From positions 65,675-129,674 of the forward strand of contig CAKPBC010000004.1 in the NCBI GenBank assembly GCA_934140155.1: DNA of 64,000 nt, in the 5' to 3' direction. The stretch is from an uncultured Bacilli bacterium. Lineage in GTDB: Bacteria > Bacillota_I > Bacilli_A > RFN20 > CAG-826. The notes below the pieces were generated by a model. The model had not been told where the DNA came from. It was given only the letters and a program-made list of their open reading frames with translations, and did not search any database. Both the position numbers and the translations under genes were made by a program. Positions within the stretch are counted from its first letter, which is position 1, and each line of letters begins with the position of its first letter. Positions 9,756-20,559 of this stretch are shown in pieces.

Positions 9756-11091
9756 TTTTGATCAAATCCTTTTCTTTAATCTCATTTTGATAACGGACAA
9801 ATTCTTCGTTGTTACAAGAAATAAAATGTCCAGGTAATATTTCTTTTAGCGTAGGTTTTTCTTTTGAATAATCATGAGCGGCTAGAGGATTATAAGTAAT
9901 TCTCTTTCTAAGTTTCTCATATTTTGGATCAGGAAGTGGAATTGCCGATAATAATGATTTTGTATAAGGATGTAAAGGATGAGCAAATAATTCATCAGAA
10001 CTAGCAAGTTCAACAATTTTACCAAAATACATAACCGCAATACGATCTGAGAAATACTTAACAACCGATAAGTCATGAGCAATAAATAATATAGTCAATC
10101 CCATTTTATCACGAAGTTCATTAAGAAGATTAATTACTTGTGCTTGAATAGAAACATCAAGGGCAGATATTGGTTCATCAGCAATAATTAATTCTGGATT
10201 TAATATGATTGCACGTGCAATACCAATTCTTTGTCTTTGTCCACCAGAGAATTCATGTGGATATCTAGAAGCATGTTCAGGAACTAATCCAACTAATTTT
10301 AACACCTTATAAACTTGTTCATCAATATACTTTTTATCTTTAATACCACGGATTACTAATCCTTCGGCGATAATATCATGAACTGTCATACGAGGATCTA
10401 AAGAAGCAATTGGATCTTGGAAAATCATTTGCATTTTATTCATAATGCGATCTTTACTTGCTAGTTTAAGTTCCGCATTATATTTTTTCATAAATTCTTT
10501 TTTATTTATTATTGCTTTTGATTTTTCTTCTTCACCATTTGCTTTTTCTATTGCTAAATCTAATTTTCTTATTTCATGAGCGTATTTTTCACGTACTTTA
10601 TTCATTTCAAATTCCGCAAATTTTTTATTGCAGTTTTGATGATCATCACGCGCCGATTTAATTTGTTTAGTATTTTCTTCTACTATTTTTAACATTTCAT
10701 CTAACGCCACTGATTTTGCTGTTTCAAATTCTTCTTTACTTAATTTTTGATCTTCGCCATTTTTTACTTTTTCTTTATAAGAAGCAGTTAACTCCTTAAC
10801 TTTTTCTTTATAAGTTAGTTTTGCATCATTAATTGCTTGTTTATAAGGACGAGTGCCCGCTGCAATTCTTTCTCCATCAAAATAAATAGAACCACCAGTA
10901 ATATCATATAAGCGAATAATTGATCTTCCAGTTGTGGTTTTGCCACATCCAGACTCACCAACAAGGCCTAATACTTCGCCTTTATATATTTCAAAGCTAA
11001 CATCATCAACTGCTTTTAAAGTGTTTTTGCCCATTTTAAAATATTGTTCAAGATGTTCAACTTTTAATAATACTTTCCTTTCTTCGCTCAT
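9745..11091 (-). CDS. oppF: oligopeptide ABC transporter ATP-binding protein OppF with ~130-aa coiled-coil insertion
   Basis: Walker [10 protein letters not shown], signature [14 protein letters not shown], Walker [12 protein letters not shown] and a C-terminal Opp-type extension. There is a lysine-rich insert between Walker A and the Q-loop. Confidence 0.8.
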   Translation of the reverse strand: MSEERKVLLKVEHLEQYFKMGKNTLKAVDDVSFEIYKGEVLGLVGESGCGKTTTGRSIIRLYDITGGSIYFDGERIAAGTRPYKQAINDAKLTYKEKVKELTASYKEKVKNGEDQKLSKEEFETAKSVALDEMLKIVEENTKQIKSARDDHQNCNKKFAEFEMNKVREKYAHEIRKLDLAIEKANGEEEKSKAIINKKEFMKKYNAELKLASKDRIMNKMQMIFQDPIASLDPRMTVHDIIAEGLVIRGIKDKKYIDEQVYKVLKLVGLVPEHASRYPHEFSGGQRQRIGIARAIILNPELIIADEPISALDVSIQAQVINLLNELRDKMGLTILFIAHDLSVVKYFSDRIAVMYFGKIVELASSDELFAHPLHPYTKSLLSAIPLPDPKYEKLRKRITYNPLAAHDYSKEKPTLKEILPGHFISCNNEEFVRYQNEIKEKDLIKNEK

Positions 11092-11092
11092 A

Positions 11093-13249
11093 TTACTTTC
11101 CCCCTAGTTTTTTCATTCTTTTAATACGGTCTAATATTATTTTAGGTGGTTTAACTTTTGGCGCATTTGGATGTAACAACCAAGTGGCAGCATAATGTGT
11201 ATCACTTACTTTAAATAGAGGCGGTTGTTCTTCAAAATCAATCTCCATAGCATATTTATTTCTTTCTGCAAATGCATCACCAACAGGTGGATAAATTAAG
11301 TTTGGCGGTGTGCCAGGAATTGCTTCTAATTTTTCTTTAGTATCTAAATCTGGCATACTTGTTAATAATGCCCAAGTATAAGGATGTTTTGGATCATAGA
11401 ATATATCATCAACTGTGCCATATTCAACAATTTTACCAGCATACATTACGGCGATACGATCCGCCATATTAGCAACTACACCAAGGTCATGAGTAATAAA
11501 AATTACTGACAAATTCCTTTCTTTTTTAATTTTATTAATCAATTCAAGAATTTGTGATTGAATAGTAACATCTAGAGCGGTAGTAGGTTCATCACATATC
11601 AATATATCTGGATTTGCGGATAAAGCAATAGCAATTACAATACGTTGTCTCATACCACCAGAGAATTCAAATGGGTATTGATTATATCTAATTGCAGGCT
11701 CGGGAATTCCTACTTCTTCTAATAATTCTAACGCTCGTGCTTTAGCTAATTTTTTAGTTACACGATATACAACACGGCTAGCAAGTTCTTTAAAATAATC
11801 CACTAATTCAATAGCGTCTTTTTTAAAATCTTTTGTTTTTGTCGAATTAATTTGTCTTTCATAACTATTAAATAAGTCAGTGATAGTTTTTAAAATATTG
11901 TTATGAGCCAATTCTAAATCAACAATAACGGCCGGAGTAACTTGCCAAGTTGGTTTTTTGCCTTTAGCCACTAAAGCATCAAATTTACTTTTTTGACGAT
12001 TAAATTTTCTTTCATTAATTGGATTTTGTTTTAATCCATTAAAATAAACATTTAATTCATGAATTAATGTTGATTCAAATGAATATTCAATATTTCTTTT
12101 ATGAATTGATAAGTAATTGATAGCTTTTTTCACTTGTGGTATTAGCTTATTAGCCATTTTAAAAGCTTCGCTCTTCTTTAAATTAGTGTTAGAAAAATAA
12201 GATAAATATTCATCTTTACTTTTTAAAATTTCTTTCTTAGCGTTAATAGCGTCAAAATATGCTTTTTCAATACCTAATGCTGCCTGATCAATAAAACTAA
12301 TCATAAAATTTTCATCAAGATATTTTAAAGTCATTTCATCCAAGTCTTTAACATTTAATTCATCAATAGATGCATTGGGATTTTTTAATACATAATATCC
12401 TAAACGGAAAAAGTTTGGAGCAAGATTTTTAATACCTACATCTAAAACTTCACGAATACCAATTAAAACATTTTTAATGGTGCTTTTAGTTTCTTCATCC
12501 GCGTTACGAATACTTTTGCTTTTAATTAATTCATCTAAATTGCTAATAATTTGTGTAGTTTTATCATTTTCATTAACAACATAATGATGAAAAGTTTTTT
12601 TAAAACTATTTAATATATTTACTAATTCTTTCTTGTATTCAATTTTTTGATTTTTATCAATTAAAAATTCTAAGTTTTCACAAGTAGAATTTAATGATAT
12701 TGCTTCATTTTGAGCATTATTATAAGCTAATTCTAGCTTAGTCGACATAATACAGAAATCATCAAATGTTTTGCACATTAAATGATTTTTTTCAACATCT
12801 TCTTTTGATGATACTTCATCAATTTTTTTATTTAAAAGTTTTAAGCGACTATTAAAGTCTTTTCTCGATGATTTTTGACGAGCCTTTCCATTTAAAATCA
12901 TCGCTTCTGTTAGTTGCTTTCCCACTTTCATAATTGGATTTAAGCTTGATAATGGATCTTGGAAAATCATCGATATTTTATCGCCACGAATTTTATGAAA
13001 ATCATCTTCCGAGATTTTTAATAAATCTTGTCCATCATATAAAATTTCTCCACCTTCAACAACAGCGTTACCAGCAAGGATGCCAATGATTGCCTTGCTA
13101 GTAACTGATTTTCCTGAACCAGATTCACCGACGATTGCTAACGTTTCACCTTTATATAAGTCAAAAGAGATATCTCTTACTGCTTTTAATAAACCACTTT
13201 GCGTACGGAATGATATTTGTAAATTTTTTACTTCTAATTTCTTTTCCAT
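11093..13249 (-). CDS. oppD: oligopeptide ABC transporter ATP-binding protein OppD with ~390-aa insertion
   Basis: Walker [10 protein letters not shown], signature [15 protein letters not shown], Walker [12 protein letters not shown] and Opp C-terminal motif HPYT. It is 718 aa versus ~330 aa for typical OppD. Confidence 0.8.
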   Translation of the reverse strand: MEKKLEVKNLQISFRTQSGLLKAVRDISFDLYKGETLAIVGESGSGKSVTSKAIIGILAGNAVVEGGEILYDGQDLLKISEDDFHKIRGDKISMIFQDPLSSLNPIMKVGKQLTEAMILNGKARQKSSRKDFNSRLKLLNKKIDEVSSKEDVEKNHLMCKTFDDFCIMSTKLELAYNNAQNEAISLNSTCENLEFLIDKNQKIEYKKELVNILNSFKKTFHHYVVNENDKTTQIISNLDELIKSKSIRNADEETKSTIKNVLIGIREVLDVGIKNLAPNFFRLGYYVLKNPNASIDELNVKDLDEMTLKYLDENFMISFIDQAALGIEKAYFDAINAKKEILKSKDEYLSYFSNTNLKKSEAFKMANKLIPQVKKAINYLSIHKRNIEYSFESTLIHELNVYFNGLKQNPINERKFNRQKSKFDALVAKGKKPTWQVTPAVIVDLELAHNNILKTITDLFNSYERQINSTKTKDFKKDAIELVDYFKELASRVVYRVTKKLAKARALELLEEVGIPEPAIRYNQYPFEFSGGMRQRIVIAIALSANPDILICDEPTTALDVTIQSQILELINKIKKERNLSVIFITHDLGVVANMADRIAVMYAGKIVEYGTVDDIFYDPKHPYTWALLTSMPDLDTKEKLEAIPGTPPNLIYPPVGDAFAERNKYAMEIDFEEQPPLFKVSDTHYAATWLLHPNAPKVKPPKIILDRIKRMKKLGGK

Positions 13250-13251
13250 AA

Positions 13252-14850
13252 CTATTCCTCGCTTCCTCTAAGTGATGGGTTAAAAGCATCACGTAATCCA
13301 TTTCCAAATAAATTGAAACTTAACATTAATAAACTAATAAATATTGCTGGGAATAAAACAATATGAGGCCAAGTCATTAAACTAGCTTGTCCATCAGCAA
13401 GTAATGAACCAACACTTGTTAAATTACCAGAATTCAAATTGATAATTCCTAAATAACTTAAGCTTGTTTCAGAAAATATCATACCTGGAATGATTAAAAC
13501 ACTACTAGTAATAAGTGTTCCAAGGGAATTAGGGAAAATATGCTTAAACATAATTCTAGCATCTTTGGCACCTAAAGTACGCGCCGCTAAAACATATTCT
13601 TGATTTTTATAACGATAGAACTGCATTCTCGTCGTTCCCGCTACACCAATCCATCCTGTTAAGAAGAAAGCAATAAAGATAATTAATATTGCTGAATTAT
13701 TTTTCATATGATATTTGAGTAAGGTAATAACAATCATTGTTGGAACTGCTGATAAAATATCAACAAATCTTTCCATTAATAAATCAGTTTTTCCACCATA
13801 ATATCCCTCAATTGCGCCGTATATAGCGCCAACAATTAAGTTAACTAAAGCAACAGATATTGCAAAGATAAAACTAAATCTAGCACCACTAGATAAGCAA
13901 GTAAACAAGTCTTGTCCATAAGCGGTTGTGCCAAATACAAAGTTTGGCTTAGTAATTCCATCTTTTAATACGTATACATGATTATAAATATAATATTCGT
14001 AGTAATTAACACGAACTTTATACATATTACCACTCTGTGTAAGTTCTGCATAATCATATAAAGGTGTGGAATTTTCACTAGAATTTTCGATTCTCATCTT
14101 ACTAGTATACATATCATTTCCAGAATATGATTTATAAATATTTTCAAAAGTTACTGTACCATCATCATTTATTGTAGCGCCAGTTGTAGTAACTTTTCCT
14201 GAATTAGTGGTCGTTTTATACCAGTAATTAGCGTTTGAAGATGGCTCTGCATTAATTGAGTCACCTGGTCTTAATGTTGGATCCGTAATTGGATAAATTA
14301 CTTGAACATTATATTCATCTTGATATTGTTGAATGTTTTGATATTCTTCTAAAGTTAGGTTTTTAAATTCCATACCATTTTTTTGGTAGTCATCTAAACG
14401 GAAATTATATACCGTTACCCATTGTTTACGAGCATTTAATATCTCTTTTGTCGTATATTTTTGATTTCTTATTGAACTATGTCCAGTCTCAACACCCATT
14501 GAGTAATAATATAAGAAATCTTCTGAACCTGTTTGTTTATCTTGACATCCATCCCAAAATTCAATATTTAAGTCATAAAATAGTTGAATTCTAGGCAGTG
14601 TACCTTTAAATGTTTGATCACGATAAGAAACTTTATATTCACTTACAATAGGACCAATTAATGTAAATAATCCTAAAATTGCAATGATAATTGCAGCAAC
14701 AATTGATGCTTTGTTCTTCTTAAAGCGATTCCACGCATCTCTTAAATAGCCTACTGGCTTGGTAACTAACTCTTTATCAGTTAGATTTTTATTTTCATTA
14801 ACAAAAGTAAATTTTTCTTTTGGTATATTTTCTAATCTTGTGTCTATCAT
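13252..14850 (-). CDS. oppC: oligopeptide ABC transporter permease OppC with large N-terminal extracytoplasmic insert
   Basis: The C-terminal half has the binding-protein-dependent permease signature region and 6 TM helices. Gene order is oppB-oppC-oppD-oppF. Confidence 0.75.
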   Translation of the reverse strand: MIDTRLENIPKEKFTFVNENKNLTDKELVTKPVGYLRDAWNRFKKNKASIVAAIIIAILGLFTLIGPIVSEYKVSYRDQTFKGTLPRIQLFYDLNIEFWDGCQDKQTGSEDFLYYYSMGVETGHSSIRNQKYTTKEILNARKQWVTVYNFRLDDYQKNGMEFKNLTLEEYQNIQQYQDEYNVQVIYPITDPTLRPGDSINAEPSSNANYWYKTTTNSGKVTTTGATINDDGTVTFENIYKSYSGNDMYTSKMRIENSSENSTPLYDYAELTQSGNMYKVRVNYYEYYIYNHVYVLKDGITKPNFVFGTTAYGQDLFTCLSSGARFSFIFAISVALVNLIVGAIYGAIEGYYGGKTDLLMERFVDILSAVPTMIVITLLKYHMKNNSAILIIFIAFFLTGWIGVAGTTRMQFYRYKNQEYVLAARTLGAKDARIMFKHIFPNSLGTLITSSVLIIPGMIFSETSLSYLGIINLNSGNLTSVGSLLADGQASLMTWPHIVLFPAIFISLLMLSFNLFGNGLRDAFNPSLRGSEE

Positions 14851-14851
14851 A

Positions 14852-15826
14852 TTATCTTGCTCCCATCTTTATTCTAGGATCAATAAATCCATATGAAATA
14901 TCTACTACTATCGCGGATAATAAGCCAACTAGAACATAGAAACCAGAAAGTAACATAAAAAAGTCATAATCTTGAGTGTTAATTGCGGATAAATACAATC
15001 CCCCAACACCTGGAATAGCAAATATCTTTTCAATAACTAATGAGCCACTTAATACTGCAACGAATTCACCTACTATTGAAGGGAAGATTGGTACCATTGC
15101 GTTTCTTAATGCATGACGTACTGTTGCTTGTCCTTTTGTTAATCCTTTCGTTCTAGCTAATAACATAAATTCACTTGTTAATACTTCAGTTAATTCCGCA
15201 CGAGTGTATCTTGCATAACCCGCGATGGAACCAAATGACATTGTAATAATGGCGGGAATCATAGATTTAAACATCGTCCAAGTGAAGTATGAACCGCCGG
15301 CATCGGCAAGTGATTTAATGGTTAAATCAAACCATCCTAATTTAAAACAAAATATGTACTGCACTAAAAAAGCGTAAATGAAGCTCGGAACAGAAATGAA
15401 AAACATAACTGATGTCGAAATGAAATGGTCTTCCCATTTATTCTTTTTTAGGGCGGCAAGAATTCCTAAACCAATTCCTAATGGAATAGAAATTAAGGAT
15501 GAATAAACATTGATTAAAATAGTTGGGGGTAAGCAATTAACAAAGCTATCCCACACTGGTTTATTACGATATTCTGGAATATTAACACCAATACCGAAGT
15601 CACCTTTTAAAAAGATTCTTTTAATATAATTCACAAATTGAGTAGGAATAGGATCATAATATCCACGCGCTCTTAATTGCGCTTCAATAATATTTTTGCT
15701 ATCACCTAGTGATACATCAATATTAATAGGCAATAATTTAATTAGTACAAAGCAAATAATTATAATAATAAAGAAGGTTAATATCATAAGACCTAATCTT
15801 TTTAATATGTATTTAAACATTGACAT
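14852..15826 (-). CDS. oppB: oligopeptide ABC transporter permease OppB
   Basis: 324-aa, 6-TM permease with an Opp/Dpp-type N-terminus (MSMFKYILKRLGLMILTFFII). Confidence 0.8.
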   Translation of the reverse strand: MSMFKYILKRLGLMILTFFIIIIICFVLIKLLPINIDVSLGDSKNIIEAQLRARGYYDPIPTQFVNYIKRIFLKGDFGIGVNIPEYRNKPVWDSFVNCLPPTILINVYSSLISIPLGIGLGILAALKKNKWEDHFISTSVMFFISVPSFIYAFLVQYIFCFKLGWFDLTIKSLADAGGSYFTWTMFKSMIPAIITMSFGSIAGYARYTRAELTEVLTSEFMLLARTKGLTKGQATVRHALRNAMVPIFPSIVGEFVAVLSGSLVIEKIFAIPGVGGLYLSAINTQDYDFFMLLSGFYVLVGLLSAIVVDISYGFIDPRIKMGAR

Positions 15827-15919
15827 AATGAAAATCTCCTTTCTTTATAATGTGCAATAAATGTGGGATAAACTATTAATCTATCCCACATTTATTTTAT
15901 GTTTCTTTTCTAATTATAA

Positions 15920-18283
15920 TTAGAGTTTGTAATCTAATGAATTTTTAGATGTATATGACTTCCATTCTGCATCATCGTAGTTGTAAGTCATGTATCTAAT
16001 TCCGCCATAAGCCATAAATGTATTATAAGTACGGCTAATGTATTCAACTTGGTAAGAAATTAAAGTTGCACTGTATGAGTAAACAATTGGTACTGTATAG
16101 TAAGCGCCTAAGATTTGTGCTTCAAGAGCGGCGATTAATCCAATTCTATCTTCTGCTGCTACTGCACCTTCTGACCAGTCTTCAGCGCCTTGTCCGTTAA
16201 GGCAATAATACCAATCCATTAATGACATTGTGTATTCTTTTCCGCGCATTGTGTAAGTCATTTTTTGGCTTGATGTATTCCAAGCTGCAGAATACATATA
16301 GTTTGGTGATAAGTAAGCTAATAAGAAATAACCTGGATCCCAAGCTCCGCCAGTCCATCCACCAATACAAATTTCATAAGCGCCTGATCTAAAATCATTT
16401 GCCCATTGGCTTTGGTAAGCTTTGTGTTGTAATTCTAATTTTCCTTCAAGTTTTGTATCTTTAACCATGTTTTTCAAAGCAGTCTCAAGAAAATCAAATG
16501 TTCTAAGGAACGAAGAAGATGTATCATCAGCAGTTCCTACTACTAATACAACTTTATCCGTATCTTTAATATCTCCTGCTGCTAGTGCCTTATCATAAGC
16601 ACTATCAACTAAAGCACGTGCTTGTTTTAAATCATAGCCCGTAATTGCGGCTTGTGCTGCATCTAAACTATCATATTTAGAAGGATCAATGCCATAAACT
16701 TTGCATAAAGTTTCTTTAGCAGCAGCAGCATCTCGATATGCTTTACCATGAGCTACATCGTAGTAGTGAACTGGTGTAAATATACCAAATCCAGCTTTTG
16801 AACTTGTTGTACATTTAGCCGCATATTCACTTCTATCAATAGCTAAGGAAATTGCTTTTCTAAAATCATTTTGTAATAAAATAGTTTTGTTAACACCAGC
16901 TTTTGAATTTGATCTTAATGCTTTTTCACTTGATTGAAGTTGTAAAGATTGAACAAAGTCACTAGGAGTAAATACCGCTTGTGAACTATTTTTATAATCT
17001 GCGGCTACAGAAGGATCAATGCCAATTGAAGTTAAATTACCTTTTTGGAAAGCTTGCCATGCTGATTTCCATTCTGGAATTGTTTCGCATACAATTCTAG
17101 TTGTCATATATTGACCTTTATATAAATCGGTATTATATCCATACCAGTTTTCATTCTTTTCAAGGATGTATTGTTTACCAGTTTGGAAAGAAGTTAATTT
17201 ATAAGGTCCCCAAGATGCAGTAGAGGAAACATCACTATTATAAGTTGAAGTCCATAGTGTTGAACCAAGTTGTGGTGCTTTTTTATTAGCTTCATATTTT
17301 GATTTTTGAACTAATGGTAAACTTGACATATTATAAGCAGCTTTATAACTTAATGAACCATCTTCTTCTAATAATTGAAGTGGATTATCAAGAATCAATA
17401 CTAATTCAAAATCATTATCACCTACAAATAATCCTACATTACCATCATAATCCATTTTTGGGAAATCATAGTACATGGATGCTTCATCTAAGAAATAACT
17501 AACCATTACTTCTTCAGTAGTTCCAAAAGCCGCAGCCATATTTACCCACAAGTCACGAAGTTGTTTTATAGTTAAACCACTATCAACGATTTCATCTTTT
17601 GCCTCACCTATTTCTTTTCCGTCTTTATCTAAAACGGCTCCGAATGAGTAATCCCAGTTAATATAACCTTTTTCATTACCGAATTTAGTGAGGAAAGCAT
17701 CTACGCTAGATAATTTATCATTAGCAATAACTTCTGTAGGTGTTGCTAAAGCCTTTTGTCCATTATTGAAATAGTTCTTGGCGTTATGGATAACATTAGC
17801 ACCTGTATAGAAAGAATCAGCACGATAGTTTTTAAATTCTGGCGCTAATTGTTCTTTCATGGTATAAACGAAATCGGATGCATCAATCTTACTTCCATCG
17901 TCCCATTTTAAGTCTTGTCTTAAAGTAATCTTATACGCCCTAGCTGATTGTGAGCCAGCAGGGATACCCCATTTTTCATTACCAGCGTAAGTCTTGGTAA
18001 CATCTTCAAGTTTAGTTGCGGCATCATAGTTAACAGTGAAATCATTATCAATGATCTTTCCTTTACTATCAAACTTATAATCGAAACTAAAGAATGAACT
18101 ACCAATTTGTGACATAATCTGAGTATCGTTTTCGTCTTGATATGTTAATTCATTCCAGTTAGACGGCGATACCATAGTGTAGTTGCGATAAGTGTAAACA
18201 CCTTTTCCTTCACCTCCTCCGCCACAAGATGCTAACGAAGTGATAGCAAAAATTGAGAGTAACAAAAAATTGTTCCTTTTCAT
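15920..18283 (-). CDS. oppA: oligopeptide-binding lipoprotein OppA (family-5 substrate-binding protein)
   Basis: The lipoprotein signal MKRNNFLLLSIFAITSLASCGG, the 787-aa size and its position as the first gene of the opp operon support this call. Confidence 0.65.
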   Translation of the reverse strand: MKRNNFLLLSIFAITSLASCGGGGEGKGVYTYRNYTMVSPSNWNELTYQDENDTQIMSQIGSSFFSFDYKFDSKGKIIDNDFTVNYDAATKLEDVTKTYAGNEKWGIPAGSQSARAYKITLRQDLKWDDGSKIDASDFVYTMKEQLAPEFKNYRADSFYTGANVIHNAKNYFNNGQKALATPTEVIANDKLSSVDAFLTKFGNEKGYINWDYSFGAVLDKDGKEIGEAKDEIVDSGLTIKQLRDLWVNMAAAFGTTEEVMVSYFLDEASMYYDFPKMDYDGNVGLFVGDNDFELVLILDNPLQLLEEDGSLSYKAAYNMSSLPLVQKSKYEANKKAPQLGSTLWTSTYNSDVSSTASWGPYKLTSFQTGKQYILEKNENWYGYNTDLYKGQYMTTRIVCETIPEWKSAWQAFQKGNLTSIGIDPSVAADYKNSSQAVFTPSDFVQSLQLQSSEKALRSNSKAGVNKTILLQNDFRKAISLAIDRSEYAAKCTTSSKAGFGIFTPVHYYDVAHGKAYRDAAAAKETLCKVYGIDPSKYDSLDAAQAAITGYDLKQARALVDSAYDKALAAGDIKDTDKVVLVVGTADDTSSSFLRTFDFLETALKNMVKDTKLEGKLELQHKAYQSQWANDFRSGAYEICIGGWTGGAWDPGYFLLAYLSPNYMYSAAWNTSSQKMTYTMRGKEYTMSLMDWYYCLNGQGAEDWSEGAVAAEDRIGLIAALEAQILGAYYTVPIVYSYSATLISYQVEYISRTYNTFMAYGGIRYMTYNYDDAEWKSYTSKNSLDYKL

Positions 18284-18513
18284 ACAAATTATTCCTTTCT
18301 TAGGACAGTCAATCGTCCCGTAAATTTTAATTGCCGTTATCTTACCATATCTAATTTTGGCTTGTCAATAAATTTTTTATACATTATTTTATGTAATCGA
18401 TTTCAAATATATAATCAAAAAAGTTCCAACAAATCCAATTAATGTCGTAATTTATATATTTTGGCTGAGAAAATGTAATATCATTTTTAATATAAAAATG
18501 AAGATTTCAATAC

Positions 18514-18545
18514 AAAAAAAGGCTATGGATTTTAACCCATAACCT
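18514..18545 (-). terminator. rho-independent terminator downstream of the 18570-19118 membrane-protein gene
   Basis: Minus-strand RNA AGGUUAUGG-guuaaaau-CCAUAGCCU followed by UUUUUUUG. Confidence 0.55.
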
Positions 18546-18569
18546 ATAAATTGCATTTATGTTTTACAA

Positions 18570-19118
18570 TTATTTAAATAATTTATTTGCAATTAAACTA
18601 AACACTGATAATACACCACCGCAAATAGCAAGTATGCCACTTACAATTGTCATAGCGGTTAATGCATAAGTTCCAACTTTATCTGTTTTAGTTGTTGTAA
18701 ACCCACCTGATAAAACATTTGGTGTTTTAACAACATTTTGCATTCCAGCATACATTTGTGGGATTAATAAAATTACAACGCCACCAGCAATCATCAATGC
18801 TCCAAACACAAAGCACATAAGCTTACGTGATTTAGCATCTTTAACTAATACCGATAATATTAAGAAGAATGCAGAAATGAATACTACTAAATATGCAATG
18901 AATCCCAAAACAGTTCCTGTTACTGTTGTAGAAATACTACCTACTGCAGTTGTCTTACCAAAAAACAATTCTTTAAATTCAATTAAACTATCAGAATTAG
19001 TTTCTTTGATATTTGTAAAGAACATCATAACAAATACAGCAATACCCATTAATATTGATAGAGCAACGCAAATATTAGATACTCCACCAAAACTCTTTTT
19101 TGATTTTCTTTTTGCCAT
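18570..19118 (-). CDS. membrane protein (4 TM helices), unknown function
   Basis: 182-aa hydrophobic ORF with a basic N-terminus MAKRKSKK. Confidence 0.4.
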   Translation of the reverse strand: MAKRKSKKSFGGVSNICVALSILMGIAVFVMMFFTNIKETNSDSLIEFKELFFGKTTAVGSISTTVTGTVLGFIAYLVVFISAFFLILSVLVKDAKSRKLMCFVFGALMIAGGVVILLIPQMYAGMQNVVKTPNVLSGGFTTTKTDKVGTYALTAMTIVSGILAICGGVLSVFSLIANKLFK

Positions 19119-19167
19119 GTTTTTTCTTCTCCTTTCAAAAATATTCTAACAAATTATTGATGTTTTC

Positions 19168-20025
19168 TCAATTACGAATGAATAAAACTCCTAAAGTTCC
19201 TTGACCACAATGGCTAGTAACAACAGATCCTGCAACTGTAACAATAATTTCTTTGAATTTAAACTCTTGTTGAAGTTTCTCTTTAATGCAATCAACAATA
19301 TCATCAGTGCAAGACGCATGTGTTATAAACACGCGAGTATCATCGTAATCTTTATATTCTTCTGCCAAATCATCAACATATTTAGCAATACAACTTTTTA
19401 ATTTACCACGATATTTCTTCTTAACGCCTAATTTACCATCTTTCATATCAATTGATGGGTGAATTTTAAATATATTAGCCATTAAATTAGCAACGGAACT
19501 ACATCTTCCACCTTTACATAAGTAATCGGTAGTATCAACAACGAAAGATGTTTGTGTTTTATTTTTAATACTTTCAATATAATCCACGATTTCTTTAGCG
19601 GATTTTCCTTCTGCTCTTAAATCAACAGCTTTCATAACAAGTAATCCTTGACCAGTTGATAGTTGACGGGTATCAATAACATGTACTTTGCCATCAAATG
19701 ATTCCGCTGCTAATTTGGCATTTACACCACTAGAAGAACAATCAGTGGAAATATCAAAATGGATAACTTCATCATTGTTTTTTAATAGTTCAGCAAATAA
19801 TGTCAAATATTGTTCAACTGAACAAGCACTTGTTTTTGGTAATACACCAGTTTTAGCTACATACTCAAATATCATTTGTGGTGTAATATTAACACCATCA
19901 AGATAATCTTCTTCACCTAAAATAACATGTAATGGTGCAATAGATATTTTGTGTTTAGCAATTAATTCTGGCGATAAATCAGCAGTACTATCAGTAGATA
20001 TAACAATATTGGACATAAAATTCAC
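19168..20025 (-). CDS. DegV family fatty-acid-binding protein
   Basis: N-terminal IVISTDSTADLSPEL...IAPLHV pattern characteristic of DegV; 285 aa. Confidence 0.75.
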   Translation of the reverse strand: MNFMSNIVISTDSTADLSPELIAKHKISIAPLHVILGEEDYLDGVNITPQMIFEYVAKTGVLPKTSACSVEQYLTLFAELLKNNDEVIHFDISTDCSSSGVNAKLAAESFDGKVHVIDTRQLSTGQGLLVMKAVDLRAEGKSAKEIVDYIESIKNKTQTSFVVDTTDYLCKGGRCSSVANLMANIFKIHPSIDMKDGKLGVKKKYRGKLKSCIAKYVDDLAEEYKDYDDTRVFITHASCTDDIVDCIKEKLQQEFKFKEIIVTVAGSVVTSHCGQGTLGVLFIRN

Positions 20026-20091
20026 TCCTTAAAAAACATATTAGAATAATGATAACATAATTTTTAATATTTCGATATATTTTAGATAAAA

Positions 20092-20553
20092 TTATTTGCA
20101 TAATTTTTTAATATAATGACGTTCTTTCAAAGTAACTTTTCCATCAACGCTAATAATTAATAAACATAAAGAAATTAAATCCGCTACTAACGACTCATCT
20201 AAATAAGAAATGATTTTAACCATGTCTTGATTATATTTTTTAATCATTGAGCGGCCTTCTTTATCTTTTTTAAATGATGTTTTAATTGTTTGAAAATCAA
20301 AATCATTTCCAAATGTTTTTACTAACGCTGGATACATTAATAAATATTCCTTTTCATCAATTACTCCATCGGACACTATCGCCCCTAAAATAAAGGCAAC
20401 ATAAGTTTCAATTGGATCAATCTCTTCAATACTTAAAGCATGTAATTTAGCTAATACTACTGCTGATTTTTCCGCTAATAAGACTCCTCTTTCAACAGTA
20501 GATAAACTTTCATACTCATTACATAATTTTTTAAAATCAAACATAATATTCAC
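20092..20553 (-). CDS. hypothetical protein, possibly TerB-like (tellurite-resistance TerB / DjlA N-domain fold)
   Basis: Two copies of a DG.I/V..E/K..Y motif (SDGVIDEKEYLLM and VDGKVTLKERHYIKKL) separated by ~70 aa. Confidence 0.35.
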   Translation of the reverse strand: MNIMFDFKKLCNEYESLSTVERGVLLAEKSAVVLAKLHALSIEEIDPIETYVAFILGAIVSDGVIDEKEYLLMYPALVKTFGNDFDFQTIKTSFKKDKEGRSMIKKYNQDMVKIISYLDESLVADLISLCLLIISVDGKVTLKERHYIKKLCK

Positions 20554-20559
20554 TCCTTA

